Of a stretch of DNA of 64,000 nucleotides, positions 40,384 through 50,512 are shown in pieces (position 1 is the stretch's first letter; each line of letters starts with the position of its first letter). The position numbers and the translations under genes were made by a program. The notes under the pieces were generated by a model, which did not search any database, was not told the DNA's origin, and worked only from the letters and a program-made list of their open reading frames with translations. The stretch is from Promethearchaeota archaeon (GTDB lineage: Archaea > Asgardarchaeota > Lokiarchaeia > Sigyniarchaeales > SOKP01): the NCBI GenBank assembly GCA_019058365.1, contig JAHPZE010000020.1:1-64000 (forward strand). The letters are read 5' to 3'.

Positions 40384-41043
40384 ATGAAAGAAAACCAAAA
40401 TAAACAGTTGTACGATTCTAGACCAACACTCCAATTGAATGAAAACACATACAAATTTTCAAATCTTCAACTTATTTATTTAATTATTGGTAGTCCATTA
40501 TTGTCTATTTTCATTTATTATTTTCTAAGACTTAGTCTTAATTATTGGATATATGAACTTACATCTATACAGATATCATTTTTCCTAAATTTATTTTTTA
40601 ATCTGAATTCAAAAGTAATTATATATGCAGATCACAATATATTTCCTACAATTTATATACCTAACCACCCTTTTGAGGGAAGCTATGCTATTACTACAAA
40701 TTGTATCGCAGCTCATATTTTTAGCTTTATGATTGGAATCATTATGTTTATACCATCATCAAAAGAGTCTTATAGTAAAAAGAGTTTTATGTGGAGAAAA
40801 ATAAAAACATTAACAGTTTCAGTTGTGGGTATTTATCTATTAAACATCTTTCGAATTGTATTTCTGCTATTTTTTAATTTTAAAGGAATACCGTTTGAAT
40901 TCATCCATGAATCCTTATTTTTCTTATCTGCTGTAATCGGAGCTTTATTTGTTGTTATCGTTCTTAAAAATTGGTTACCGGAATTGTTTATATCAATCTA
41001 TTACATATTTTGCTTAATTTCTCAAAAAAGAACAAATGAATAA
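40384..41043 (+). CDS. Exosortase/archaeosortase family protein
   Basis: Catalytic triad pattern: ITTNC (Cys), LNIFRI (Arg), FIHE (His) in a multi-TM protein. Confidence 0.85.
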   Translation: MKENQNKQLYDSRPTLQLNENTYKFSNLQLIYLIIGSPLLSIFIYYFLRLSLNYWIYELTSIQISFFLNLFFNLNSKVIIYADHNIFPTIYIPNHPFEGSYAITTNCIAAHIFSFMIGIIMFIPSSKESYSKKSFMWRKIKTLTVSVVGIYLLNIFRIVFLLFFNFKGIPFEFIHESLFFLSAVIGALFVVIVLKNWLPELFISIYYIFCLISQKRTNE

Positions 41044-41241
41044 TATGATTCCATATCAACAATTTTGAAGACTCTTATATACTTTCATAATGTATAAACT
41101 TCAAAAAATTAGTTATAATTTGTTTATTTTTAAAAAAATAGAATCCCCATTTTAACCCTTTTCACCGTACTTCCAGCCTGGTTTTATTTATTTTTCAAAA
41201 ACGTAACCTTTAAATAGGCAAATTAATATTGTTATATTAAA

Positions 41242-41279
41242 GTATGTAAAGTTTCCATTGACAACGAAACATTACATAC
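41242..41279. promoter_or_regulatory. Inverted repeat at the start of the grpE-dnaK operon
   Basis: GTATGTAA-A-GTTTC-N10-GAAAC-A-TTACATAC, ~25 nt downstream of TTTAAATA (41209-41216). Confidence 0.65.
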
Positions 41280-41316
41280 GGGGAAAAAAGGGGTTTAAAC
41301 CTCAAAAAATAAAAAA

Positions 41317-42045
41317 ATGATGTATATGTTTGAAAATGAAATGGGAGATGTGAGATCTATGGCATTTGAAGAATATTTTGATAGATTTATGAAAAACCGT
41401 GATATTTCAGGTAGTGGATCGAATCAGATTTCGATTACACGAAGCAATTATAAGGCTCTTAAAGCGAAAGCAGAAAAATATGAAGCGTTAGTGGAAGAAC
41501 ATAAAAAGATTAAAACTCAAAACGACCGTTTACTAAAAGAACTTGATGATATGAAAGATGATGGTCGTAAATTTAAGGAATTAGTGGAAGAAAAGGAAAA
41601 GTATTTGAATTCACTTTTACGAGTACGCGCTGATTTTGAAAACTATAAGAAGCGTTCAGAACAAGAGAACAATAGATATAAGTCATATGTTATGGATGCA
41701 ATGTTAAAGAAGTTAATTGATCATTATGATGATTTAGTGCGAGCTTTGAACTTGCTTAACACGCTTGAAAACATGGATGGCATTAAGAATGGATTTGAAC
41801 TGATAATTAAGAATTTTGAAAAGCTATTAGCGGAGGAGGGAGTGAAACCGATGAATTCTGAAGGTGAGAAATTTGATCCATATAAGCATGAAGCTATAAT
41901 AATTGAAGAAGGTAGAGATGATCTCCCAGAAAATACGATATTAGAAGAAATAACTAAAGGTTATTATATAAAAGAAAAGATTTTAAGACCTGCAAAGGTC
42001 AAAATCTCAAAAAAATCAAAATTAAAAAATTTAAATGAAAATTAA
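41317..42045 (+). CDS. grpE: Nucleotide exchange factor GrpE
   Basis: RADFENYKKR, FDPYKHEA, KGY...LRPAKV; long N-terminal coiled coil; start uncertain (41317-41359). Confidence 0.95.
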   Translation: MMYMFENEMGDVRSMAFEEYFDRFMKNRDISGSGSNQISITRSNYKALKAKAEKYEALVEEHKKIKTQNDRLLKELDDMKDDGRKFKELVEEKEKYLNSLLRVRADFENYKKRSEQENNRYKSYVMDAMLKKLIDHYDDLVRALNLLNTLENMDGIKNGFELIIKNFEKLLAEEGVKPMNSEGEKFDPYKHEAIIIEEGRDDLPENTILEEITKGYYIKEKILRPAKVKISKKSKLKNLNEN

Positions 42046-42087
42046 AAAAAAAAAATGCAAATAAATATAAAAATGGAGTGATGAAAA

Positions 42088-44001
42088 ATGGGAAAAATAA
42101 TAGGAATTGATTTAGGAACGTCAAATTCAGCAGCAGCGGTATTAATTGGTGGTAAACCAACGATTATTCCAAGTGCTGAGGGTTTAACCTTGGGTGGAAA
42201 GGCATTTCCCTCTGTAGTTGCTTTTACGAAGGATGGCCAGAGATTAGTAGGAGAACCTGCTAGAAGACAAGCAATCTCAAATCCAGATCGTACAATTACA
42301 GCCATTAAAAGGAAGATGGGTACCTCTTACAAGGTAACAATTGATGGTAAAGATTATTCACCTCAAGAAATTTCCGCAATGATTCTGAGGAAAATTAAAG
42401 AAGATGCCAGTGCTTATTTAGGGGAAGAAGTAAATGATGTAATTATTACTGTACCAGCATATTTTAACGATAATCAAAGACAAGCTACCAAAGACGCGGG
42501 AAAGATTGCAGGATTGAATGTGAAGCGTTTAATTAACGAACCGACTGCCGCAGCAGTAGCTTATGGATTAGATAAGAAAAATGCAAGGTTAAAAATCGCG
42601 GTACTGGATCTTGGTGGTGGTACTTTTGATGTCACAATAATGGAGATGGACAATCAAGTTTTTGAAGTGATTTCTACAGCAGGGGATACTCAGTTAGGAG
42701 GTACAGATATGGATAAAATTCTTGTTGATTATATAGTTTCTGAGTTTCAGAAAGATCAAGGTGTAGATTTAAGAGGAGATTCTATGGCAATTCAACGAGT
42801 TAGAGAAGCAGCAGAAAAAGCTAAAATTGAATTATCTACATCGATTACAACTGATATTAATTTACCTTATATTACCGCAACTAAAGAAGGTCCAAAGCAT
42901 CTTAATATGTCTCTGACAAGGGCCAAATTGGAGCAACTCATTGAACCCGTATTAAAGAGATTAGATATTTCAATCTTAAAAGCTTTACAAGACGCTGGAA
43001 TGGCAAGAGGAGAAATTGATAAGATTATTTTAGTTGGTGGACCAACAAGAATGCCCGTTATACAGAAGAAATTCGAAGATTTACTAGGTAAAACTCCAGA
43101 GCGTAGTATCGATCCGATGGAATGTGTTGCAATGGGTGCTTCAGTTCAAGGTGGAGTATTAACTGGTGAGGTTGAGGATTTATTATTACTCGATGTGACA
43201 CCTTTATCATTAGGTGTTGAGACTTTAGGTGGAGTTTTTACGAAATTAATTGAAAGAAATACCACAATTCCTACAAAAAAGGCTGAAACATTCTCAACTG
43301 CATCTGATAATCAACCTGCGGTAGAAATTCATGTGCTACAAGGTGAAAGACCAAGAGCAGTAGATAACATAACATTAGGAAGATTTCATTTGAATGGTAT
43401 TCCACCAGCTCCAAGGGGTATGCCACAGATCGAAGTAACATTTGATATTGATCAGAATGGAATTCTTAATGTGTCCGCGAAAGATAAAGGCACTGGAAAA
43501 AGTCAGTCCATAACAATTACTGCCTCTACTAAGATGTCTGATGATGATATTGAGCAAAAAATTCGAGAAGCAGAGCGAAATGCCGAAGAAGATAGAAAAT
43601 TCCAAGAATTAACTGAAGCAAAAAACCATGGAGAATCATTAATATACCAAACTGAAAAACTAATGAAAGAAAATGAAGCTGTTATTGGAGATTTAAAATC
43701 AACAATACTTAACAAGATCTCTGATTTAAGAAGTGCAATGGAATCTGAGGACGTAAGTCGAATTAAAAATGCTACAGAAGCTTTACAGAATTCATTACAT
43801 GAAGTTTCATCTCGAATATATGGACAACAGCAAGGTCCCAATCAAGGGGCTTATCAAGGTGCACCACCTGGAGGTATGGGAGGTGTCCCACCAGGTGCAA
43901 CATATGGATCTCAAGGAAAGACTCAAGATGAAATCGAAGAAGAGCAATTCAGAAGAGCAACGGGCCAAGATGACAATGTAGTAGATGCTGAGTATGACTA
44001 A
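42088..44001 (+). CDS. dnaK: Chaperone DnaK (Hsp70)
   Basis: [37 protein letters not shown]; lacks the ~24-aa diderm insert. Confidence 0.98.
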   Translation: MGKIIGIDLGTSNSAAAVLIGGKPTIIPSAEGLTLGGKAFPSVVAFTKDGQRLVGEPARRQAISNPDRTITAIKRKMGTSYKVTIDGKDYSPQEISAMILRKIKEDASAYLGEEVNDVIITVPAYFNDNQRQATKDAGKIAGLNVKRLINEPTAAAVAYGLDKKNARLKIAVLDLGGGTFDVTIMEMDNQVFEVISTAGDTQLGGTDMDKILVDYIVSEFQKDQGVDLRGDSMAIQRVREAAEKAKIELSTSITTDINLPYITATKEGPKHLNMSLTRAKLEQLIEPVLKRLDISILKALQDAGMARGEIDKIILVGGPTRMPVIQKKFEDLLGKTPERSIDPMECVAMGASVQGGVLTGEVEDLLLLDVTPLSLGVETLGGVFTKLIERNTTIPTKKAETFSTASDNQPAVEIHVLQGERPRAVDNITLGRFHLNGIPPAPRGMPQIEVTFDIDQNGILNVSAKDKGTGKSQSITITASTKMSDDDIEQKIREAERNAEEDRKFQELTEAKNHGESLIYQTEKLMKENEAVIGDLKSTILNKISDLRSAMESEDVSRIKNATEALQNSLHEVSSRIYGQQQGPNQGAYQGAPPGGMGGVPPGATYGSQGKTQDEIEEEQFRRATGQDDNVVDAEYD

Positions 44002-44006
44002 TTTAG

Positions 44007-44031
44007 TTTTTTTTTTTATTTTTTTATTTTT
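44007..44031 (+). terminator. Oligo-T archaeal terminator after dnaK
   Basis: Long T-tracts directly after the stop; a separate TTTATAAA box precedes dnaJ. Confidence 0.55.
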
Positions 44032-44086
44032 ACAAATTCATATTTATAAAATTATTATTCATGTATATAAGAAGAGGTTGTAGAAT

Positions 44087-45097
44087 ATGGCAAAAGATTA
44101 TTATAAATTATTAGAATTAGATAAAGGTGCTTCAAAAGAAGAAATTAAAAGAGCATTTCGTAAAATGGCTCGTAAATATCATCCTGATGTTAATCCAGAT
44201 GAACCAAAGTCAGGAGAGAAATTTAAGGAGATCAACGAGGCCTATACAATTTTAAGTGATGATAAAAAAAGGGATATGTATGATAAATTTGGTGTTGTAG
44301 AAGGTGATACTTCTACATATCAGAATTGGGGTGGACCTCCCGGAAGTGATAGAGTTCATCAAAGTCCAGACGGTACAACCTATTATTATTCTACATCGGG
44401 TTCACCTGGAGGATTTGATTTTAGTGAAATTTTCGGAAATCACAATAATTCAGGGAGTAGGAGTGGTGGATTCGATTTTTTTAATGATCTAGGTGACATT
44501 TTTGATGTTTTTAATAGAAGGGGTCAGGGGAGTACAAGAGCAAGATCTTCAAATTATAATAATACTCCAAGAGAAGGAGATGACTTGAGATACGATATGG
44601 AAATAGATTTTATGGATGCTTTTAATGGAGGAAAGAAGAAGGTTCAATACAATGATCCTACTACTGGTCAAATGCAATCGTTAAATGTAAACATTCCAAG
44701 AGGTATTAAAGATGATCAAAAATTACGTCTAAAAGGAAAAGGTATGCAGGGAGAAAATGGTGGTTCTCCAGGGGATCTCTATATTGCTATACATATTAGA
44801 AATCATCCAAAATTCGAAAGAAAGGGGGATGATATTTATGTTGAACAAGAAGTTCCCTTTACTACAGCTGCACTTGGAGGAAAAATTCAAGTTTTAGGAG
44901 TAGAAAATACTTTAAATGTAACAGTACCTCCAGGTACTTCAGATAGATCGATTTTAAGATTAAAAAGTCAAGGATTTTATAAAACGGGTTCAGAAGAAAG
45001 AGGAAGTGAATTAGTTAAAATAAGTATAAAAGTCCCTACAAAATTAAATAAATCTCAAAAAGAATTATTGAAAAAATTAAAAGAAGCTGGATTATAG
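44087..45097 (+). CDS. dnaJ: DnaJ-class J-domain co-chaperone lacking the zinc finger (type II, CbpA-like)
   Basis: HPD motif, G/F region, no CxxCxGxG repeats, DnaJ_C (GDLY, HPKFER). Confidence 0.92.
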   Translation: MAKDYYKLLELDKGASKEEIKRAFRKMARKYHPDVNPDEPKSGEKFKEINEAYTILSDDKKRDMYDKFGVVEGDTSTYQNWGGPPGSDRVHQSPDGTTYYYSTSGSPGGFDFSEIFGNHNNSGSRSGGFDFFNDLGDIFDVFNRRGQGSTRARSSNYNNTPREGDDLRYDMEIDFMDAFNGGKKKVQYNDPTTGQMQSLNVNIPRGIKDDQKLRLKGKGMQGENGGSPGDLYIAIHIRNHPKFERKGDDIYVEQEVPFTTAALGGKIQVLGVENTLNVTVPPGTSDRSILRLKSQGFYKTGSEERGSELVKISIKVPTKLNKSQKELLKKLKEAGL

Positions 45098-45112
45098 GAG
45101 TGATTACATAAA

Positions 45113-47725
45113 ATGATGAAATTTGATAAATTTACCATTAAAGTTCAAGAAGCCTTAATGGCTGCAAGATCTCTAGCTCAAGAACGAGATCATCAACAAA
45201 TAGAGCCAGTTCATTTATTAGTCGCTTTAATAGACCAACAGGAAGGAATTACGACACCATTATTACAGAAATTAGGAATAAATATAAAAAGTTTATTGAG
45301 TGATTTATATAATGAGATGGGGAGGATTCCAAAGGTAACTGGTGCAGGAGTAATTGATGTAGTATTATCACGTGAATCAGGAACATTATTTGATGTCGCT
45401 TGGAAAGAAGCTGATATTTTAAGAGATCAATACTTAAGTACTGAACATATATTATTAGCTATGAGTACTAAAGATTCATTATCTATATTTCCAATTTTGA
45501 ATAAATCTGGAATAACTAAAGATAGGATTCTACAAGCATTAAAAACAATTAGAGGTCATCAAACAGTTACAGATCAAGATCCGGAAGGGAAATATCAAGC
45601 AATTGAAAAATATAGTCGAAATTTAACGGATTTAGCAAGAAGAGGTAAGTTAGATCCTGTCATAGGGAGAGATGATGAAATTAGAAGAGTAATGCACATT
45701 TTATCACGAAGAACAAAAAATAATCCTGTTTTAATTGGAGAAGCTGGAGTAGGTAAAACAGCTATAGTAGAAGGTTTAGCGCAAAGGATAGCTACTGGAG
45801 ATGTTCCAGAATCTTTGAAAGAAAAGGACATTTTAGCAATGGATCTGGCAGCAATGGTTGCAGGTGCTAAATATCGAGGTGAATTTGAGGACCGGCTTAA
45901 AGCTTTTATAAAGGAAATTGAAAAAGGTTCAGGAAAATTTATCCTATTTATTGATGAGCTACATACTTTAGTCGGTGCAGGTGCTGCACAAGGAGCAATT
46001 GATGCTTCTAATATGTTAAAACCTGCATTAGCGCGGGGTGAATTAAGAGCTGTGGGAGCAACCACTCTAGATGAATATAGGAAATATATTGAGAAAGATG
46101 CTGCATTAACAAGAAGATTCCAAACAGTCTATGTTGATGAGCCTACATTAGAGGATTCAATAGCAATTCTTAGAGGGTTAAAAGAAAAATACGAGCTTCA
46201 CCATGGAGTAAGAATTACAGATTCTGCTATAATTGCAGCAGTTACGTTATCACATAGATACATTTCTGATCGGTTCTTACCTGATAAAGCTATTGATTTA
46301 ATGGATGAAGCTGCTTCGAGATTAAGAATTGAAATCGATTCAATGCCAATTGAGATTGATGAGATTGAACGAAGAATTATTCAATTAGAGATTCAAAAGG
46401 AAGCCCTTAAAAAAGAGGATGATAAATCAAGTAGAGAGCATATGAAGAAACTTGAGGAGGAATTACAGAATCTCAGAGAAGAAAATAATAAATTAAAACT
46501 TCAATGGAACAATGAAAAAAACCTAATTGTAAAAATTAATCAGATAAAGAGAAAAATGGAAGAAACTAAAATTGAAGCCGAGAAAGCTGAAAAACGTGGA
46601 GATCTTGGAAAAGCTGCTGAATTATCGTATGGGGTACTTAATGATTTGAAAAAAAAGTTAGAAAAATTTAATAACGAACTTGGAGAAGTTCAGAAAAATA
46701 AAATCATGCTAAAACAAGAAGTAGATGATGAAGATATTGCTAAAATAATTTCACAATGGACTGGGATACCAGTGTCCAGAATGTTAGAAGGTGAAAGGGA
46801 GAAATTATTAAAGATGGAGCAACGATTAAAAGAAAGAATTATCGGACAAGATGAGGCATTAAACAAAATATCTAATGCAATTAGAAGAGCAAGAGCAGGA
46901 ATACAAGATCCGAATAGACCCATTGGATCCTTTATCTTCATGGGTCCAACAGGTGTAGGAAAAACAGAAACTGCAAAAGCTTTAGCAGAGTTTCTTTTTG
47001 ATGATGAAAATGCTATGGTAAGAATTGATATGTCAGAATTTATGGAAAAGCATAGCGTAGCAAGGTTAATAGGCGCTCCTCCAGGTTATGTTGGTTATGA
47101 TGAAGGAGGATATTTGACGGAAGCAGTTAGAAGAAAGCCTTATTCCGTTATTTTATTTGATGAGATCGAAAAAGCTCACCTTGAAGTTTTCAATATTCTC
47201 TTACAAATTTTGGATGATGGAAGATTAACTGATGGTCATGGTCGCACCGTTGACTTTAAAAATACAATTATTATTATGACTAGTAATGTCGGAAGTCAAT
47301 ACATTCTTGATTCTCGAAATGAAGATTCTAATAAAAATAGAGAAATTATTTTGAAAACTCTTAAAAATTATTTCAAACCTGAATTTCTTAATCGGATTGA
47401 TGAATTTATTATTTTTGATTTCTTAAATGAAAATCAATTAAAAGAAATTATTGATATTCAAATTAGAAATTTAAATAAAATTTTAACTTCTCATAAAATC
47501 CAAATAATACTTACAGAAACTGCAAAAAAATTCTTAAGTAAGAAAGGTTTTGACCCAGATTATGGTGCAAGACCCTTGAAACGTACTATCCAAAATTATA
47601 TACAAAATCCTTTATCTTTAAAATTATTAGAAGGAGAATTTGTTGAAGGCGACATCATTAAAATTGATGCAAATAAGACTGAGTCATTAGTATTTGAAAA
47701 AATTGGAATAATGGAGGGAACTTAA
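45113..47725 (+). CDS. clpB: AAA+ disaggregase ClpB
   Basis: Two Walker A motifs (GVGKT), LDPVIGRD, M-domain coiled coil, [17 protein letters not shown]. Confidence 0.97.
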   Translation: MMKFDKFTIKVQEALMAARSLAQERDHQQIEPVHLLVALIDQQEGITTPLLQKLGINIKSLLSDLYNEMGRIPKVTGAGVIDVVLSRESGTLFDVAWKEADILRDQYLSTEHILLAMSTKDSLSIFPILNKSGITKDRILQALKTIRGHQTVTDQDPEGKYQAIEKYSRNLTDLARRGKLDPVIGRDDEIRRVMHILSRRTKNNPVLIGEAGVGKTAIVEGLAQRIATGDVPESLKEKDILAMDLAAMVAGAKYRGEFEDRLKAFIKEIEKGSGKFILFIDELHTLVGAGAAQGAIDASNMLKPALARGELRAVGATTLDEYRKYIEKDAALTRRFQTVYVDEPTLEDSIAILRGLKEKYELHHGVRITDSAIIAAVTLSHRYISDRFLPDKAIDLMDEAASRLRIEIDSMPIEIDEIERRIIQLEIQKEALKKEDDKSSREHMKKLEEELQNLREENNKLKLQWNNEKNLIVKINQIKRKMEETKIEAEKAEKRGDLGKAAELSYGVLNDLKKKLEKFNNELGEVQKNKIMLKQEVDDEDIAKIISQWTGIPVSRMLEGEREKLLKMEQRLKERIIGQDEALNKISNAIRRARAGIQDPNRPIGSFIFMGPTGVGKTETAKALAEFLFDDENAMVRIDMSEFMEKHSVARLIGAPPGYVGYDEGGYLTEAVRRKPYSVILFDEIEKAHLEVFNILLQILDDGRLTDGHGRTVDFKNTIIIMTSNVGSQYILDSRNEDSNKNREIILKTLKNYFKPEFLNRIDEFIIFDFLNENQLKEIIDIQIRNLNKILTSHKIQIILTETAKKFLSKKGFDPDYGARPLKRTIQNYIQNPLSLKLLEGEFVEGDIIKIDANKTESLVFEKIGIMEGT

Positions 47726-47784
47726 TAATTGGTCTACAATTGTTTTATAATTTTAATTAAAATTAGTATATTGAGGTTATTAAA

Positions 47785-48678
47785 ATGGGGTTAAATACTA
47801 AAAATAACGTTTTGTTAAATGTTTGTCCCGAATGTGGGGGATCAATAATTCCATTGATGAATACTGGAGATATTGTATGTAACCAGTGTGGATTAGTTAT
47901 TAATGAAAAAAGTGTTGATTTTTCAAATAAAGGGAGGAGAGCATATACTAATCAAGAAAAAAATAATAGAGAACAAACTGGTGCTCCAATTTCAATACTA
48001 TTACCAGATATGGGATTAAGTACTGTTATAGACAGAAGTAAAATAAATAATCCTGATTTAAAAAGAGCTGCTAAATGGAATACGCGCATAACCTGGCAAA
48101 AGAGAAATTTATTAATAGCATCTACAGAATTAAAAAGAATTAGCACTAATTTGAATTTACCCAATTATGTAAGAGAGGATGGAATGCGCTTATATAAGGA
48201 AGCTTTTAAAAAAAAATTGTTACGAGGAAGATCCATCAATGCAATGGTTGCTGCGTGCTTATATTTAGCATGTAGAAGAAAACAAATTCCAAGAACACTT
48301 CAAGAAATAACAAATGAAGCATCAGCAAATGCTAAAGATGTAAGGAGAAGTTATACCACATTAATTAGGGAATTTAATTTAAAATCTCCATCAACCGATC
48401 CCGTATCTCTTATACCGAGATATATAAACGAGTTAGGATTAGATTCAGAAATTGAGCAATTAACCACTAAAATTTTAAACGCCTATAATTCTAAATTTTC
48501 AATTAGTGGAAAAGACCCAAAGGGATTATGTGCTGGTGCCTTATATTTAGCTTGCAGAATTAAAAATAAAGACATTACACAACAACAAATTGTAGAATCA
48601 GTCGCGGTAACAGAAGTAACTCTTCGTTCAAGATATAAAGAACTGAAAAATAAATTAAAAATTACCGTACCCACATAA
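47785..48678 (+). CDS. tfb: Transcription initiation factor IIB (TFB) paralogue
   Basis: CPEC/CNQC Zn ribbon, LLRGRS, PRTL, GKDPKG, VTEVTLRSRYKEL. Confidence 0.95.
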   Translation: MGLNTKNNVLLNVCPECGGSIIPLMNTGDIVCNQCGLVINEKSVDFSNKGRRAYTNQEKNNREQTGAPISILLPDMGLSTVIDRSKINNPDLKRAAKWNTRITWQKRNLLIASTELKRISTNLNLPNYVREDGMRLYKEAFKKKLLRGRSINAMVAACLYLACRRKQIPRTLQEITNEASANAKDVRRSYTTLIREFNLKSPSTDPVSLIPRYINELGLDSEIEQLTTKILNAYNSKFSISGKDPKGLCAGALYLACRIKNKDITQQQIVESVAVTEVTLRSRYKELKNKLKITVPT

Positions 48679-48724
48679 AATTAAAAAGATTTTTTTTCCT
48701 TTTATCTGTTAATTTTAAAGTATT

Positions 48725-49107
48725 TTATAATTTAGTAAAAATTCAATAAATAAACACGCAAATAGAATATCTAATCCTCCCAATATAACTACCGGGAAGT
48801 TCTTTTCTCCTAAAATAAAGTAAATTAATGAAATTATAAAGAATCAAGTTTTTGCAATGATACCAATCTTTATGATACCATGATTCTTTGAAATATCTAG
48901 ACTTACAAAGATATACCCAATTCAAAAAGTAAAGATTAAAAACAGATAATTATGAAGCCATATTATACCATCTGATATTGTTGTCCTAAACAAAGAAAAT
49001 ATTATATTTTTCATGAAAATCGAAGTTAAAAAAAGTACTAATGTATTAATGAAGGGATATATTGCTGCAACGATGAACATATATTTACAATAAGCTCTTT
49101 TTTTCAA
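48725..49107 (-). pseudogene. Small 4-TM membrane protein pseudogene
   Basis: One hydrophobic frame continues through stops: ...LIFTF*IGYIFVSLDISKNHGIIKIGIIAKT*FFIISLIYF... Confidence 0.65.
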
Positions 49108-49183
49108 TTTCTTCTCACAATATCTTTTTAATGCTAATTTCAATATAATTTTAAATTATATTTTAGTATCAATATTTATATGA

Positions 49184-49207
49184 GTACTGATATTTCAATA
49201 TCAATAC
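49184..49207. promoter_or_regulatory. Inverted repeat upstream of fba
   Basis: GTACTGATAT-N4-ATATCAATAC (one mismatch) immediately 3' of TTTATA. Confidence 0.5.
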
Positions 49208-49245
49208 AAAATTTGATTTTTAATTAAACTCAATTTTATGTAAAA

Positions 49246-50226
49246 ATGGTGTCATATAAAGAATTGGGATTGTCAAATACAAAAAGAATGTTTGAAGTCG
49301 CCCTAGAGAGAAAATTTGCAGTTCCTGGATATAATTTTAGCAATTTAGAACAATTGCAGGCTATTATTATAGGTTGTGGCGAAACAAACTCTCCAGTAAT
49401 ACTTCAAAACAGTCCAGACGCAGGAGAATATGCAAATCGGGTAATGGTTAGATATTTAGTGGAGGGGGCAGTAGCGATGGCAAAGGATTTGGGTTATAAT
49501 ATCCCAATTACATTACATTTGGATCATGGAAATTCATTTGAGTTAGCAAAAATCTGCATTGATACTGGTTTTTCAAGTGTCATGTTTGATGGAAGCCACT
49601 TAGAATATGAAGAAAACATTAATATTACTAAAAAAGTCGTTTCCTATGCTCACGAAAGAGAAGTAAGTGTAGAATCAGAATTGGGAGTTATTGCGGGTAT
49701 TGAAGGACATGTAAAAGCGACTGAACATTTCTATACTGACCCCGATCAAGTAGAAGATTTTGTAAATAGTACTGGTTGTGATTCATTAGCAATCGCTATT
49801 GGGACTTCTCATGGTGCCTATAAATTTAAAGTAGAAAGAGAGGAAGATATCCCAGAATTACGGTTTGACATACTTCAAGAAGTTAGAAAACGTTTAGGAA
49901 AGTTTCCAATCGTTTTGCATGGTTCATCATCTATTCCCCAAAAATATGCTAACATAATTAATGAATATGGAGGTACTCTATCAAAAACATTTGGAATACC
50001 TGAAGCTCAATTAAGGAAAGCAACTCAATATGGAGTCTGTAAAATCAATATTGCCACAGATAGTCGAATGGTTTTTACAGCAATGATAAGAAAATATTTA
50101 GCAGAATATCCAGATCAAATTGGTCCAAGAAAATATTTAGGTTTAGCTCGTCAAGAGCTTGTTGAAATGATAAAACAAAGAAATAAAGATACACTAGGAT
50201 CAGCAGATCAAGCAAAATATATATAA
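49246..50226 (+). CDS. fba: Class II fructose-bisphosphate aldolase (bacterial type)
   Basis: LHLDHG, SSVMFDGS, SVESELG, AIGTSHGAYK, VLHGSS, KINIATD. Confidence 0.93.
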   Translation: MVSYKELGLSNTKRMFEVALERKFAVPGYNFSNLEQLQAIIIGCGETNSPVILQNSPDAGEYANRVMVRYLVEGAVAMAKDLGYNIPITLHLDHGNSFELAKICIDTGFSSVMFDGSHLEYEENINITKKVVSYAHEREVSVESELGVIAGIEGHVKATEHFYTDPDQVEDFVNSTGCDSLAIAIGTSHGAYKFKVEREEDIPELRFDILQEVRKRLGKFPIVLHGSSSIPQKYANIINEYGGTLSKTFGIPEAQLRKATQYGVCKINIATDSRMVFTAMIRKYLAEYPDQIGPRKYLGLARQELVEMIKQRNKDTLGSADQAKYI

Positions 50227-50237
50227 TAATAAGAAAT

Positions 50238-50507
50238 TTACCCTTTTTCAATGACTATTCCTGTACCACCTTTAGGATATTGAAATCTGATTGCACCAGC
50301 ATCACATATTTGATAACAAGCAGCACATTCTAAACATTTCGATTGATAGTCCTCTATAATATAGATTTTCCCTTCTCTTTTTCGCCATAAATTCATAACA
50401 CATATAATTAAACAACGTTCACAGTGATTACATTTATTATAATCTATCGAAATGAAGTTACCTGTGCCTGAAATTCGTTTAGTTAAGCCTTCTATTTCTA
50501 TATTCAT
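50238..50507 (-). CDS. FixX-like ferredoxin
   Basis: CNHCERCLIIC, CLECAACYQIC, FQYPKGGTGI. Confidence 0.85.
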   Translation of the reverse strand: MNIEIEGLTKRISGTGNFISIDYNKCNHCERCLIICVMNLWRKREGKIYIIEDYQSKCLECAACYQICDAGAIRFQYPKGGTGIVIEKG

Positions 50508-50512
50508 TTTTA

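Noticed and set aside
41242-41279. CIRCE or HAIR element
   Set aside because: The arms do not match either consensus; reported instead as a novel inverted repeat.
44087-45097. Truncated or pseudogenised dnaJ (no zinc finger)
   Set aside because: Intact type II/CbpA-like architecture, commonly linked to clpB.
48743-48925. 60-aa ORF as a real gene
   Set aside because: Alternative frame of the decayed membrane-protein gene.
6287-49107. In-frame TGA/TAA codons as selenocysteine or genetic-code reassignment
   Set aside because: The stops are of mixed type, fall at apparent Trp/Gly/Leu/Gln/Lys positions rather than Cys, co-occur with frameshifts and truncations, and TGA/TAA terminate intact genes normally.
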